64,000 nucleotides of DNA from Octopus vulgaris (GCA_951406725.2 OX597840.1:37696001-37760000); one strand, 5' to 3'. Counted from the first letter of the stretch, positions 30,007 through 44,130 are shown. Translations and numbers: made by a program. The notes: generated from the letters alone by a model not told the origin.

Positions 30007-30075
30007 TATATATATATAGCTGAAGGTATATGTTAGCGAGTACACATAAAGACATGTATGTACACACACACAAAA

Positions 30076-30109
<34 letters not shown>

Positions 30110-30446
30110 ATATGTATGTATGTATGTACGTATGTATGTATAGGTGCGTGTTGGTGTGCTAGTATACCCACACAGCACCACACCTCTAGAGATACACTGA
30201 TGTCGTTGTATTTAAAACTATTTCATTCATGTAGTTTATAGAATTCTATACATAAAAATAATAGTTTATATATTTTTCATGAACACATATCTGTGTAGAC
30301 AAATGTTTATTAGTAACTCTCACTTTCAAAGGTATGCACAAACACACAGGTAAATCTATCAATACCTGGGAATTAAATCGTGTTGTACTCGCAAGATGGT
30401 TTTTCCTCTCCTCTTTCCAAATCAAACTAGATTGCCACATGTATAC

Positions 30447-30487
<41 letters not shown>

Positions 30488-30491
30488 TATA

Positions 30492-30789
<298 letters not shown>

Positions 30790-31274
30790 TATTTATATAT
30801 ATATCTGTACCTGTATATGTCTGTAAATGTAGACATATATCTACATGTGTGTTCGTTTTTCTGTGCGTGTTTCCCTGTGTCTGTGTGTATGTTCTGTGTG
30901 TATGTTGTGTGTGATGTGTGTGTTTGTGTGTGTGTGGTGTGTGTGCTTGTGTGTAAAATATTTGCAGCAGAAAACGAATGCCAGTGGCTTCTATTCCCGA
31001 CGCTGATTGGGGAGAACAGCGACGTCTTTTCATCTAGTGGAACTTTATGCATTTTGTACTGTACAGAAAAAGTTTGCATCATGCTTCAATGAAATGTGAA
31101 ATCGTTGCTTTTTTTTGTAACCGATCGACGTAAATACAGAGATCGACTAACAAATGTAGGCATAAGGTACAAAGCCAGAACGGACTGGAATCCAGTCATG
31201 CTCCCAATGTTAACAGTACCAGTAAAATCGTCTAACCCATGCCAGCTTGGGAAACTATATAGAAAATGAACATA

Positions 31275-31439
31275 GGCGCAGGAGTGGCTGTGTGGTAAGT
31301 AGCTTGCTAACCAACCACATGGTTCCGGGTTCAGTCCCACTGCGTGGCACCTTGGGCAAGTGTCTTCTGCTATAGCCCCGGGCCGTCCAATGCCTTGTGA
31401 GTGGATTTGGCAGACGGAAACTGAAAGAAGCCCGTCGTA

Positions 31440-31510
<71 letters not shown>

Positions 31511-31534
31511 TTGTGTTTGTGTTTGTCCCCCAAC

Positions 31535-31566
<32 letters not shown>

Positions 31567-31786
31567 ATGTGTTTGTGTGTTTGTGTTTGTTCCCCCAACA
31601 TTGCTTGACAACCGATGCTGGTGTGTTTACGTCCCCGTTACTTAGCGGTTCGGCAAAAGAGATCGATAGAATAAGTACTGGGCTTACAAAAGAATAAGTC
31701 CCGGGGTCGAGTTGCTCGATTAAAGGCGGTGCTCCAGCATGGCCGCAGTCAAATGACTGTAACAAGTAAAAGAGTAAAAGAGTAAA
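31275..31786 (+). mobile_element. Full-length SINE group 1 (tRNA head, CORE-like box, internal microsatellite, (AAAAGAGT)n tail)
   Basis: A-box-like tggctgtgtgg, B-box-like gggttcagtccc, CORE-like accttgggcaagtg. More than ten other copies or fragments in the window (e.g. 2190-2345, 16025-16125, 20100-20245, 37930-38170, 47220-47420, 57700-58050, 59560-59730). May correspond to the published octopus OR-type CORE-SINEs (unverified). Confidence 0.9.
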
Positions 31787-32045
31787 GGCACTATAAAATT
31801 AACATTTTTCAACTATTCCTACTTGGATACGGTAACAAACTTCTGCGCTATGAAACCATTGTCGTTCTTGAAAAGGTGTTTCGTATATTTACTAAGGATT
31901 CCTTGAAGCTCCCTAACTTGCCACACGTGGATGCTTGGATCTTACCTTATGCCACGGATATATAATTGTTAAAGAGGATAACAAATATTGAGACAAGGCA
32001 AACATCTGATGTCGTATACAATACTATTATTGGAAAACATTCAAA

Positions 32046-32091
32046 GTCTTACAGCTGTTTCTGAGCATGGATTACTCCGTCGTCAGAGACT
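32046..32091 (-). ncRNA. Type I minimal hammerhead ribozyme motif, canonical core
   Basis: Minus strand: agtct-CTGACGA-cgGAGtaatccatgCTCa-GAAA-cagctg-TA-agact. Stem I agtct/agact, palindromic stem III ACAGCTGT, GUA triplet; stem II is weak. Confidence 0.7.
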
Positions 32092-32797
32092 AATGGGAAA
32101 AAAATAGGGAAAATGTGAATGGTATATATTAATGAGATGATGGCATAGAGGAAGGTATTAAAAGAATAAGGAGATGAAACGAAAGAAGAAAAAAGAAGCA
32201 TGGGAGTTCATAGTTCAATTTTATAGAGACAAGGACTTCTTAGGTTCAATTCTGCGTAGATCCATGTGGGTTAAATCAGAGAGAGAGAGAGAGAGCTGGG
32301 GAGGTAGATAGATATCTAGATATACACGCCCATATATACCTAGCTAACTAAATAGGTATAGAGAGGAAAAGAAAGAAACAGACCGATAGATGAACAGATT
32401 ATCTTTGGAGACGCAGGAAAATCTCTTTTGCACCCCCCTCGCCCCTGAAGCACCTACCTTGTTATTCCAGCCTCTTGAAGCAAACATTTGCCATGTTTTG
32501 CCTATTGCTTTACTGTTTCTACTATTTCCTGTTATTTGCTAAATTACTGACGCCAAGACTCTGTTCGTTTTTACTTTAATCACTCTGGAACAATTCTATA
32601 GATTTGATGTAATATTACGTGCAAAAATTACAGTAAAATATATTGGTTATTCTTAAGATGCTATTTATTTTATACGATCGCCAAATTGACACAGGACAGG
32701 GGTCAGTAGCATCAGTTTCAAAATTTAGTTGGATTTCTTCAGCCTTTGACTGCACTTCTTGAACTGGTCATGACAAATATTTTTAGTTTACAGATAC

Positions 32798-34141
32798 TAC
32801 AGGCTGTCCTACAAAAGAATCAGGAAATTTGGTACAGTTTCTGGAAACAGTAAACTGTTGTTGTTAAAAGAAACATTATTAAAACAGAACAAAAACGCAA
32901 ATGTTAGATATGGGGTTGACACTGCTTTTCGTGGTCCGCTGCACAATGACATAAACGGTCAACTTCCAGTTGCCCTTTGGATGACTTCAAGCGAGATATT
33001 GTTCCAAGTATCTACCAATATATTTATCAAGGACTGTATGTCTGTGACTTCTCGCCTTTGTAACTGAAGTGAAGTCGATGTAAGAGTAAACCTCAGATGG
33101 TAAAATCCATTACGTTGAGATCTGGACATTTGGAGGTCCATTTTTCAGTTCAATGCAGTTAAGGGATTTTTGCTCCATCTTATTGCCAAGTCCATTCATC
33201 TCCTCCCATTACTTGTTTTATGTCGTGGAACATTTCGTTGCACATTTCATCTGCATGCACAAACTGATTTACTGTCCTTTTTTTTCTTTCTTCTGTCCGA
33301 TGGAAGATCTTCTTGCTCAACAGCATCTCCAATAAACCGCATCTCTGTTTTAGCATATCAGGAGACAGCACCAGAGCATATGACTGATGACTGCCGTTTA
33401 TCAATGTCCACCAGAAGATCATTCTCAGAAATGTTTGCTTTAACCTGTACAGCATAATAAATGCGGTCATTTTGAGAATTCAAAGGTGAAAGAAGACTGA
33501 AATTTGATTCATCGGAAATCCACACTTGCTTCCATTTATTGTGTCCTTCGAAACGATTTATCAATGCCTGGCATTGTTGTTGTTGTGCTTTTCGACGTGC
33601 TTCAGTAAGAAAATTGTATTTAATTCTCTTACAGCACTGTAATCCGGATTGCTGATAAATGCGAAAGGCTGTATCTTTTGATAACAGTAGTTCTTGACAA
33701 ATTTCACGCTGACTGCAATGTCGTCTTTCGTGTCATCGTGGTATGACAGCAAGGTCCATCACAGCTTGTTTGGTAGTCGAATGAATTTTCTTGATTGTGC
33801 CAATTCCACGTTTACGAACTTTCGCAGCAGGTAACTCTTCCCGTTTAAGTACAGCTACAACATCGCTAAATTGATTTTTAGTTATCGAACTAAAGAATCC
33901 TGGCAAAATTTCTTGTTAATTTTTCATTCCCCAAGTTGGATGTTCTTTCTTCAAGAGAACAATCATTTTGCGCTAAAAATTTGATAACTGCGCCACATGG
34001 GAATTAGAAAAAGAAAGGAATTAGAAAATTTATATGTTAGTTATTTTTTTAGTTCATTGATAAGTTAAAATACGGTAAAATACATGGGTACACTAAATAA
34101 TGTAAATCGAAAATTTCCTAGTTTTTTGGGGGCACCTTGTA
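32798..34141 (-). mobile_element. Near full-length decayed Tc1/mariner of maT/DD37D type
   Basis: Imperfect TIRs TAcaggctgtcctacaaaagaatcaggaaattt and (reverse complement) TAcaaggtgcccccaaaaaactaggaaattt, 1.34 kb apart. Minus-strand motifs VWISDESNF, NSQNDRIY, WTWQ*DGA and WTSKCPDLNVMDF. D-D spacing is shortened by deletion, so D37D is inferred from motif style only. Confidence 0.85.
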
Positions 34142-34179
34142 GTTGTAAGGGCTGTAACAGAATGGATGGGGATATAGAC

Positions 34180-34830
34180 AATAGAGAGAGAGAAAGAGAG
34201 AAAGAAAGAGATGTAACGAGGAGGAGATAGTGAGAGGGAGAGAAACAGTGAGACCAAAGTTCGAATATTTGCTACTACCACCGACATTTGCATCCGCGGT
34301 GAGAGGGAGAGAAAGAGTGAGAAAGAGTGGAAGAACATCTTCCATCGTACAGAAGAAAGAAAAAGAGAAAAAGAAAGAAAAGAGAGTGAGACAATTAAGT
34401 AGGGTTTTATATATGCAGAGAAAGAGAGAGAGAGAGGGACAAATGAAAGAGAAAGATGGAGAGAGATGGTGAGAGAGAGACGGTGAGAGAGAAACGGAGA
34501 GAGAGAGACATTTATAGATACTGATCAGAGGCTTTTATATGCACTGAGCGAGAGAGATAGTAAGAGAGAAGGAAGACATAGAGAGAGAGACAGAGAGAGA
34601 CCGAAGGAGAGAGAGAGAGAGCGACAGAGAGACACCGATGGTGAGAGAGCGATAGAGAGAGAGCGACAGAGAGAAATCGAAGGGGAGAGAGCGATATAGA
34701 GAGACCGAAGGAGAGAGAGAGAAACAATTGTAGATGCTGAACCAGAAGTATATATATGAAGATATAAAGAGAGAGAGAAAAAGTGAAAGAGAGAGAGAGA
34801 GAGAGGGAGAGAGAGAGGAGGGAGAGAGAG
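34180..34830. repeat. Degenerate (GA)n polypurine field (second field at 35450-35820)
   Basis: Seen directly. Confidence 0.95.
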
Positions 34831-35982
34831 AATATAATATATACTATAATTGAAAAAGATGCATAGCAATTAGCTGGAATTATGTAACTTTTGTAAAAAT
34901 GATATAATTATTAATAGCGAGACTGTCTCGATTTTTTTCATAAATTCTAGTTTTAATATATTTTTATCAAATGCGCTTTTGATGTTTATTTTATTATTGA
35001 ATATATCAACTACAGTCTTCTGTTGCATATCTTATTCAATACGACATATCGATTTTATGCAGGGTCGCGTTTTAAACATTTCTTTATACTTTTCGAAATA
35101 TAAAGGTTACCAGATTTTTGAAACTATAATTTCTGCAAATTATAACTTTAATTTAGTTTCAACCAAGTTTTACTAATTCCAGTGCTGAAATGGTTCCTAT
35201 TCTATCGAGCCCCAGAAATTGAACTCAGAGCGTACAAATGGATGAAATGTATTTGGTTCGGCTTGCTGAAGATTCTGCCTGCTCGCAGCTTTACAAATGT
35301 GTAAATATTATTCAGCGCTAACCAGAAAACCATCTGGAAGTCGGTATTTCCGGTTGTACAAAGAATGAGGCAATGGTTGAAAGTGTATAGCGAGTTAAAA
35401 TTGGTGGAGAGATATTGTGAACGTGAAAATGACGTACAATAAATGAGGCACAGAGAAAGATAGAGAAAGAAAGAACGGGGGACTGTGGGAGAAAGTTATT
35501 AGATAAAGAGAGGGAGAAAGAGAAATAAAAAGACAGAGACAAAGAGAGACAGAGAGATATAAAAACAGAGAAAGAGAGAGAGAGTCATTTAGCGAGAGAA
35601 AGCATGTGTATGTATATATGTGGGGGAAAACGGTTATAGAGAGAATGTGAGAAATGTAGATGAGTAGGTTTAAACTGAAGGAGTGTAGGAGAGAGAGGGA
35701 GATGTGAGATAGATAGAGAGAGAAAGATGAGAGAGAGTGAGGGAGACAGGGAGATCGAAAGGCGATATATATATATATATATATATATATTGAGTGAGTG
35801 AGTGAGTGAGGGAGAAGAAGTATAGTTTGAATTCAGAAACTTAATACTCTTGATGTCTTGTGTAATTAATGTAGAACTGGATACAGAAATAAATTATCAA
35901 CCACTTGGTATAAATGTAGATATATGATCATACATACATACATACATACATACATACATACATACATACATACATACATACA

Positions 35983-36018
<36 letters not shown>

Positions 36019-36045
36019 TATACATACATATATATATATACATAC

Positions 36046-36132
<87 letters not shown>

Positions 36133-36137
36133 TACGT

Positions 36138-36190
<53 letters not shown>

Positions 36191-36284
36191 AATATATATA
36201 CATATATATATATACATGCATACATAAAGATAGATTTGGACAGATTGCAAACTAGCTAGCTCGTTAGATATGTAGATAGAGAGA

Positions 36285-36523
<239 letters not shown>

Positions 36524-39228
36524 GAGGATGAATAAATAGACAGATTGCTGGGTAGAAAGATGACGAGATATATAGATCGGCGACTGGATCGAGCTACATT
36601 TAGCGAAAGAGAAAAAGAAAGAGAAGGAGAAAGGGTGATAGAGAGAGGGAGGGGAAAAGTGATAGAAGGAGAGATTAGGTGAGAGTGTAAGTGTAACTAT
36701 GAAATCATCGTGATGTCCCTTTTGAAATATAAATAAATAAATAAATGAATGAATAAATGAATAAATATATAAATAAGTGGACAAACAAATGTAAAAAGCT
36801 TTCAGTGCGATTAGATAACATCACGTGACAAAGTGTGGTGAGGCAGAGCGAGTGTGTCGTGCGTCCGTTGACAAATCAATCCTGCATCTCAGAGTCATGA
36901 TTCTACTCAACATATGCTCTTCTAATATTTGTAATGCAATGCTGGAACCAGGAAGAAATAAATATACAAACGGCAACAGATTGCATTGAGTTTGGTAACC
37001 AACACGAAACGGAGAAATATTCTATCGAAGAGAGAAAAAAAAAAAGAAAAAGAGAAAATGAAAAATAAAAATGGAACATTAAATGTATGAAGCAAAAAGA
37101 GTGTCAATAAATAGACGTGCTAATAATATCGGAATTGTATTATTTGTCACGTTTTAAACTTCGGATATTCGTGGTCAAATTGCGAAGGTTGAACTTTTGA
37201 AAAGAGATTAGATACTTTGGTGGTGAAGATATATCGCGTATATCAATGTTGTTTTAGAAATATTCTACTAAAAATATTAATGGTTGTTTCTCACAGGTGT
37301 TTATATTTAACGAAGGGTTTTGCTGGATTAAATCAACCCCAACAATTGACTCCCACTTATATCCTTTTCCTTTTTTTTTCTTTTCTTTAGATCCCTGTTT
37401 TAAAATATAATTCGTAATGCAATTGTGGAGGTTGGTTCGGACGAGAGTGTTTCGTAGATGTCAGAGTGTGTTCTGTTCAGTTTTGTTTTAAATAGTTAAC
37501 TCTTGTTGATGTCCTTGTTTTACCTCTTGTTAAACCTGGCTGAGTAAATCAATGATGGAAAGCGCTTCAGTTATGACCATCACATCTCTTGTTTTAAAAT
37601 TGCTGTCGTCGTCTTCTTCTTCTTCTTCTTCTTCTTCTTCTTCTTCTTCTTCTTCTTCTTCTTCTTTTTCTTCTTTTTCTTCTTCTTCATTCTTCTTCAT
37701 TCTTCTTCTTCCGATAACGACTCACGCCATTAGCCACAAAGAATAATCTCTAATTCGAGCCTACTCTAAGCTACTAAGAATGCGTGTAGCAACTTGAAGA
37801 TCCACCCACCACACGCGATAGCCTGGCGGTTGCACGGGTGCGAAAGCTAATTCGTTATCCTCATTCCGTAAACGGTGGCTTTTAACCGGTGGTGAGCTCA
37901 ACCATCCTGGGGTACCGATATTTTAATGCCTGGTACGTATTTCGTTTGATCCTTTTAGCAGAACCTCCAAGTTATGGGAACGTAAACACAACAGCACCGG
38001 TCGTTAAACAGTAGAGGGGGTACAAACATAGACACAAAGATACACACACACATACACACACACGTATACGACGGGCAGGCTTCTTTCGTGTTTCTGCTTT
38101 GTTTGACGCTGAGCTGTAATAGAACCCGTAACTATGTGGTTGGGAAACAATATTCTTACCACACAGCCACCTAGATATGTATAAATTATAATACTGTACA
38201 CTATTTCGTAGCCGAAATACTGTGTGAGGGCAAAAGTGTTGAAGGCCGTGAGATGGAGTGACTGTAGACATTCCTGTTTGGTAGATTTAATCTATCAGAC
38301 GATTTGACACAATCAGCTGGCCACTGGGTGTCTTTTGTGATATCAAATATATTGAAAACCTTCACATTAAGCTCCAGGATTGATAACCATTCACTCTCAC
38401 CCTTTCTCCGGCCAACCTTAGACGAATTGGCAAAGTTTACGGATTGTAACCTTTCTCCTCTGTCTGTGAAAGTGAATAAGACGGAAATAAATTCCATCGA
38501 TTTCTTATCGAATTTGACGACAACCAATTGGTAAGCTGTCATTTTATAACTGGATATTTCCATAATAGATATTATGCTTTTTCAGTTTTTTACCACTTTT
38601 AATAAATTATTTATTCCTTCTAAAATAAAAGTAAACACAGGCAAACACTTTTCTCTCCATCGGTCACATGTCCAGTTGTCTATCTATATTACATATAGAG
38701 TTCACTAACCATTTTATGATACATACATACATACATGCTTGCATGCTGAGAGGTACAATCTGTCAGTCATTGTTGTGTGGAAGCATAAGGGAAAAAATAT
38801 GCTATGTTTTGGAAATCAGCGGCCATCTGAACCACTATGTGACCAGAAAATGTAGGAGAAAATCTCTATGCTCTATGGATGTGAAATTCGCAAATCCAGT
38901 ACCCGAGATACCCTTTGAGTTTCGTAGCTGTTATTATTGGAACAATGTGATAGGTGCCAAACAGTTTGGAGCAAAATATGTTTGAACTTAGAAATTTGTA
39001 GATGGAATACGATGCCTTAATACGTTTCAAATGATCCCGATGTCTGGAACAATAAGCGTCTGCAAGATCTTCTTAATATTCTATGGATGAGGGCAACAGA
39101 TTCATGCCTTCAGAACCTTCATTCGAAACGGTGGACGGTCAAAATTAACTCTGAATCAAAACGAGAGCAAGAAAATATGCATAGATACATAGATACATAC
39201 ATACAAGCAAAGATATATATATATATAT

Positions 39229-39352
39229 GGTGGCTGCCCCCTCGTTATCGAGTATGGCCATTGCACAAAGCTTAACTGTTATTGGTGCTGAGATCGAATG
39301 TGACTTTTTAACCCAGCTAAAGATCTACAATGTACACAGAATTGGCAGCTAA
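39229..39352 (-). mobile_element. Extreme 3' end of an RTE-type LINE
   Basis: Minus strand SCQFCVHCRSLAGLKSHIRSQHQ* resembles the C-terminal C2H2-like finger of RTE ORFs, followed by a short UTR running into (TA)n. Confidence 0.65.
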
Positions 39353-40196
39353 AGCAAATATAAACGTACATATATACATACAAGCGTAGATACATACATA
39401 CAAGCGTAGATACATGTATACATACACACGGACATAAACGTACGTGAACCGACATGGAGGGGGTGATAATGTGGTATACGAGGTAAGTCGAGGTACGTAA
39501 ATGAAAAGTCAATATATTTGTTAACTGACAATTTCAACGTTTCAGCAATTAACAGCTTCTCTCCGTTTGGGAATCTTCAGGCTAAGATGCTTTTCAAATG
39601 AAGATTGTATAATACTTGTCACAGAAATGTGCGATGTGTGTGTGGGATGTGTGTATAGGCGGACGAAGGAAAGCGTATGTGCGTACGTGAGTGTGAGCAT
39701 GTGTGTTTTTTTCCACAGGTTGTTAGTTTGCTTGCTTTTAAATAATGGGAGTAAGTCTGATACGTGTGGGTGAGAGTTCTATGGGAGTTCTTATATTAGA
39801 TAAAACAAAACCAATTCCACGCATAAGCGCATCCCTTCTACGAAATAATTTACTCAAAAACACGGTAATTGCCTTATTTTCAGACTTACGATCTCGCAGC
39901 GGACCTATGAACGCTTTGCTGTATTTTTCGGCATTTTACGTTTTGAGTTCGGATTCCACCGCGATCGATTTAACATGTCATCATACAGATCTTGATAAAA
40001 CCAAGTACCATTCAACTACAAGATGTGATGTGTTCTTTTAACATTCTCCTCTCGAAATTGTTGGCCAAAATGGGAAACAATTCCCACTCTCGTCAGGTAG
40101 GCACAAACGTGGGTGAGAGGTAAGAGGTTTGCTTCGCAACCACAAGGTTCAAGGTTCATTTCCCTGCCTGATACCTTGTATATATATATATATATA

Positions 40197-40825
40197 TATT
40201 ACGTCGGCAACTAAGTTCTCACCGTTTTTTTTAAATTAAGATTTTTAAAAACGTTTATTAAAAATATAAGTAATCAATCAATAATGTATTGATCCTTGGT
40301 GTTTACAACTTCTTTCCAACGTTCAGCAAGATTTTCAATACCTCGTTGGTAGAAATCACCCGATTTCGACTTGAAAAATTGATCCAACCAAGCTCTCAAT
40401 CCTACATCAGTATTGAACGAAACACCGCGTATAGCATTTGAAAGAGATCGAAAGAGGTGGAAATCCGTTGGTGTCAAATGTGGAGAGTACAGCGGGTGTA
40501 GCAGCACTTCTCAGCCATGCGTTTCAATGGCTTCCTTGGTCATATTAGCGATATGTGGGCGGGCGTTGTTGTGCAGCTGAAGAACTCCATACTGCCGATT
40601 AGGTCTTTTCTCTTCAATAGCCATGTTGAGTCATACCATCCATTAAACATACCATTCCACTTTGACCGTTTGGTTCCGTTCATGCAATTTGTAATGGATA
40701 ATCCCTTCCATGTTTCATGATTGTTTACCGGGACTAAGCCATTCCTTACGCCGCTTCATATTGATGTATTGATATCATTTTTCGTCGCCAGTAACGATTC
40801 AGTAAAGAAATCGTTGCTTGTCTCC
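40197..40825 (-). mobile_element. Mariner DD34D, 3' half with one TIR; same family as 21245-22166
   Basis: TIR tattacgtcggcaactaagttctcaccgttt. Translation LHNNARPH...YSPHLTPTD has exactly 34 residues between the second (D to N) and third Asp positions. C-terminus RWKEVVNTKDQYIID*. 40775-40820 matches 21861-21905. Confidence 0.93.
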
Positions 40826-41732
40826 TTGAGTTGAGTGGTGTCTGTCTATCTATCTGTCTGTCTATCTCTTTATCTATCTATCAATCTATGAGTCTATCTA
40901 TCTATTTATCTTTCTATGTGTCTATATATCTATCTATGAGTCTATTTCTCAGTGTCTCAGTACATATATACACCCCAAAAATTTTGTTCCATGCCGTTTC
41001 CTTCGGCCAAATTCATTCAGAAGGCATTGGTCAGTCCCTGAGTATAGAACAAGACAACTGCCCAATATACCACGAAGTGGGACCGAACCAGAATTTACAA
41101 GTTTCGGAAGAGAACTCCTTAACCTCAAGGTCATTCTTAATTTCTACCCTGTCAGGGAATCGTATATTTGTGCGTATCACGGGTGTAGGAAGTATTTATA
41201 TAGGAATATACACTCATACATAAATTTTAATCAGTTTTCAATTCTCCGTTCTATTTTTAATGTGTCAGATTTTCTTCCATTTTCTTTTCATATATATATC
41301 TGTGTGTGTATATGTGTGTATATGTGTGTGTATGTGTGTGTGTGCGTGCGTATTTCTATATTTCGGCACGTGTGTTTGGCTCTTTGACTAAACACTTCGT
41401 GATAATGTTTAAGATCAACTATTGCAAGGGAAAGGAACTGGCGTTGATAGGTTCTTGATATTTGATAGAATGCCCAATAATAGATAAGTTATTGCCAAAT
41501 GGGAAAGGACACTTGATTAAAATAAAACAAGAATAAGATTTACAAGCAAGTCTACTGTGGACCTCTGCTACCGTTACAGTATCTGGTGTGAACTGGTATT
41601 TCAATATAGCGTTGTGTAACGTGATGTGCTTTGCAATGTAGCGTGATGTGGTGCAACATCGTACACGTGTATGGCTGTGTGGTGTTCTCTGGTGAAGTGT
41701 TCTTCTGGTGTAATCATGTATATGTAAGATAT

Positions 41733-42380
41733 TGGTTTCAAGTTTTGGAACAAGGCCAGTCATTTTGGAAGAGGGGTTAAGTCGATTACATGGACCCCAG
41801 TTAACAACTGGTACTTTTGTATCGACTTCGAAATGCTAGAAGATAAAGGCAGGCCCGGGAGATTTTAAAGACTGTTATGACGCACGAAACGTAGTTGAGG
41901 TTTTTGTCCGGTGTGCTAACAATTCTACCAACTCGCTGCCATCATTGTTGAAATACATATTGACTTAAAATTTTGGCACAAGGCCTGCAATTTTGGAGGA
42001 GGGAGTAAGTTAATTACCTTGCCCCCCAGTGTTCAACTAGTACCTTTTTTTATCGACCTCGAAAGTATAAAATAGAAAGGTGACGTCGGCAGAATTTGAA
42101 CTCAGAACCTAAAACGGAGAGTGTGCCGTTATGCATTTTGTCCGACCTGTTAATGATTCTTTCAACTTGTGGCCATTCTCTTAATTTTGACACAAAGACA
42201 GAAGTTTTGGGGAAGAGAGTATGTGGGTTGCATCGACCGCAGTAAGCAACTGGTTCTTCTTTTATCGACCCGGAAAAAACGAAAGGTAAATCAGACTTCG
42301 GTGGAATTAGAACACCGAACGTGAAAACTAACGAAATGCTCCTAAGAATTTCACCGGGTTTATTGACTATTCTACCACAC
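41733..42380 (-). mobile_element. Three tandem degenerate SINE group 2 copies (short-tail type)
   Basis: Repeated ttttgg.acaagg...gtcgattac...caactggtact...atcgac at about 41735, 41965 and 42185; further copies at 42640-42815 and 43290-43700. Confidence 0.75.
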
Positions 42381-43388
42381 CACTGCTTGAAAGGCTATGT
42401 AATATATCAGGGTGTTGTGTGTTGTGATGATGCGGAGTGTGAAGGAAGTGTGGAATCATGCGTTTGAGTTATTGCGTGGTGAATTATGGTGTTTTGTGTT
42501 TATGGTGGTGACGTGTGGTGTGAAGCCGTGTGGTTCTTGTGTGATTATCTTGTGTGTTTTGACAAAATAAGTAGCCGAGTGTTTGTGGTGCTGTATGGAG
42601 GAGTCTACTGCACGTTTATTACGATAGCCTGATATTTTACATCAGGAAACTAGTCGATTACAGTGATCCCGGAGCATGACTGATACTTATTTTATCGCCA
42701 TCGAAAGGATAAAAGGCGAAGGCGACCACGGTGGGATTAGAACACAGAACGTAAAGACGAACAGAATGCTTCAAACTATTTTCTCTGGCGTGCTAACGAT
42801 TCTGCCAGTTCACCACTTTATTAGTGTGTGGTGGTGGTGGTGGGGGCGCAGAATCATTTGCTGCGATGTATTGTTTAGTGTGGTGAAGTGTACAGAACGT
42901 TTCTGGTGTAGTGTTGTGTGATGAAGTTTGCCGTCTCGTGATTGTGGAGTTGTGTGATTTCAACGTTGTGTGTGGAGAGGCGAGTGCGATGTACGTCTGT
43001 AGTGTTCTGTAATGTATAGCAAATTTGTTTTGAAGAGATGATTATAGAGAGGAAAAATATTCTGTCGTTAGTGGTAGGGTGTGTATAATCAAACGTGGGG
43101 TTGTGTGATTGTGCTGTGTCACGATGAAGTCCGATGTCCTGTGTTCGTGTTGTTACGTTGTAATGCTGTACGGCTTGCCGTGACAGGCTGTGTTCTGGTG
43201 TTTCCTGTATATATCGCAATTGCGTCGGGTAATGTTATGCTGATATCTTGTGCTTCTCCTGTAAGGTATGATATGGTCTGGTGCTATAATAACCTTTCCA
43301 CTATAGACACAAAGCTTGTAATGTTTTAGTGGGTGGTGCTAGTCAATTATAACGACCCTAGTATTCAACTGGTAATTATTTCATTGGT

Positions 43389-43650
43389 GGAGGCGCGTGG
43401 CTTAGTGTTTAGGGTGTCAGAATCATGATCGTTAGATTGTGGTTTCGATTCCTGGACCGGGCGACGCGTTGTGCTCTTGAACAAAACACTTCATTTCACG
43501 TTGCTCCAGTCCACTCAGCCGGCAAAAATGAGTAAAGCTGCGATGGACTGGCGTCCCGTCCAGCTGGGGAGCACATACGCCATACAAACCGGGAAACCGG
43601 GCCCATGAGCTTGGCTAGGCTTTAAAAAGGGCGCATTTATTTTTTTATTT
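43389..43650 (+). mobile_element. Full-length SINE group 3 nested in a group 2 SINE, 11-bp TSD
   Basis: tRNA-like head ggaggcgcgtggcttagtg...ggtttcgattcc; ttatttcattg at 43376-43386 and 43651-43661. Confidence 0.9.
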
Positions 43651-44099
43651 TTATTTCATTGACTCGAAGGGCTGAACAGAAAACTAAAATTCAGCAAATA
43701 TTTTAGTGCTATAATAATGTCTTGTATTGTATGTTGTCTGAGAAGTGATGTTGTATGTTCTGTGTTCATTAAAATGCTGTGATATGGCGTGGTGTAATGT
43801 AGTGCGATTTGCTATGACCCGTTGTAATGTGTTATGCAGAAGTTTTTGTGTTCGCTGTTGTAGTATAAGGCCGTGCTGTGCTATTCTCTGTTGCGTTGTG
43901 TGATGAGATGTATTGCACAATGTGTGTATGGGTAATGTGTATGGGTAGTGAAAGGAATGCTGTATGGCGGCGCTGACTGTTGTGCAGTAGTCGCCTCGTG
44001 TTCTGTATTGCAGCGCCTGTTGTTGTGTGGATTTCTTTAATTTTTGATGGTTCAAGTAGAATTTCGCTCGATATTTTCCGAAACATTCTCTCAACAATC

Positions 44100-44130
<31 letters not shown>

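Noticed and set aside
31275-31350. SINE heads as functional tRNA genes
   Set aside because: A/B boxes are present but there is no complete cloverleaf, and they run directly into SINE bodies.
39533-39583. Minus-strand CTGAAGA...GAAACGTT as a hammerhead (similar traces at about 2545-2595, 23840-23885 and 61688-61745)
   Set aside because: Stems or core bases are too degraded to call; possibly relics of the same element class.
41733-42380. Regularly spaced repeats as a CRISPR-like array
   Set aside because: Units are about 220-bp diverged SINE copies in eukaryotic context; no short identical repeats, spacers or cas genes.
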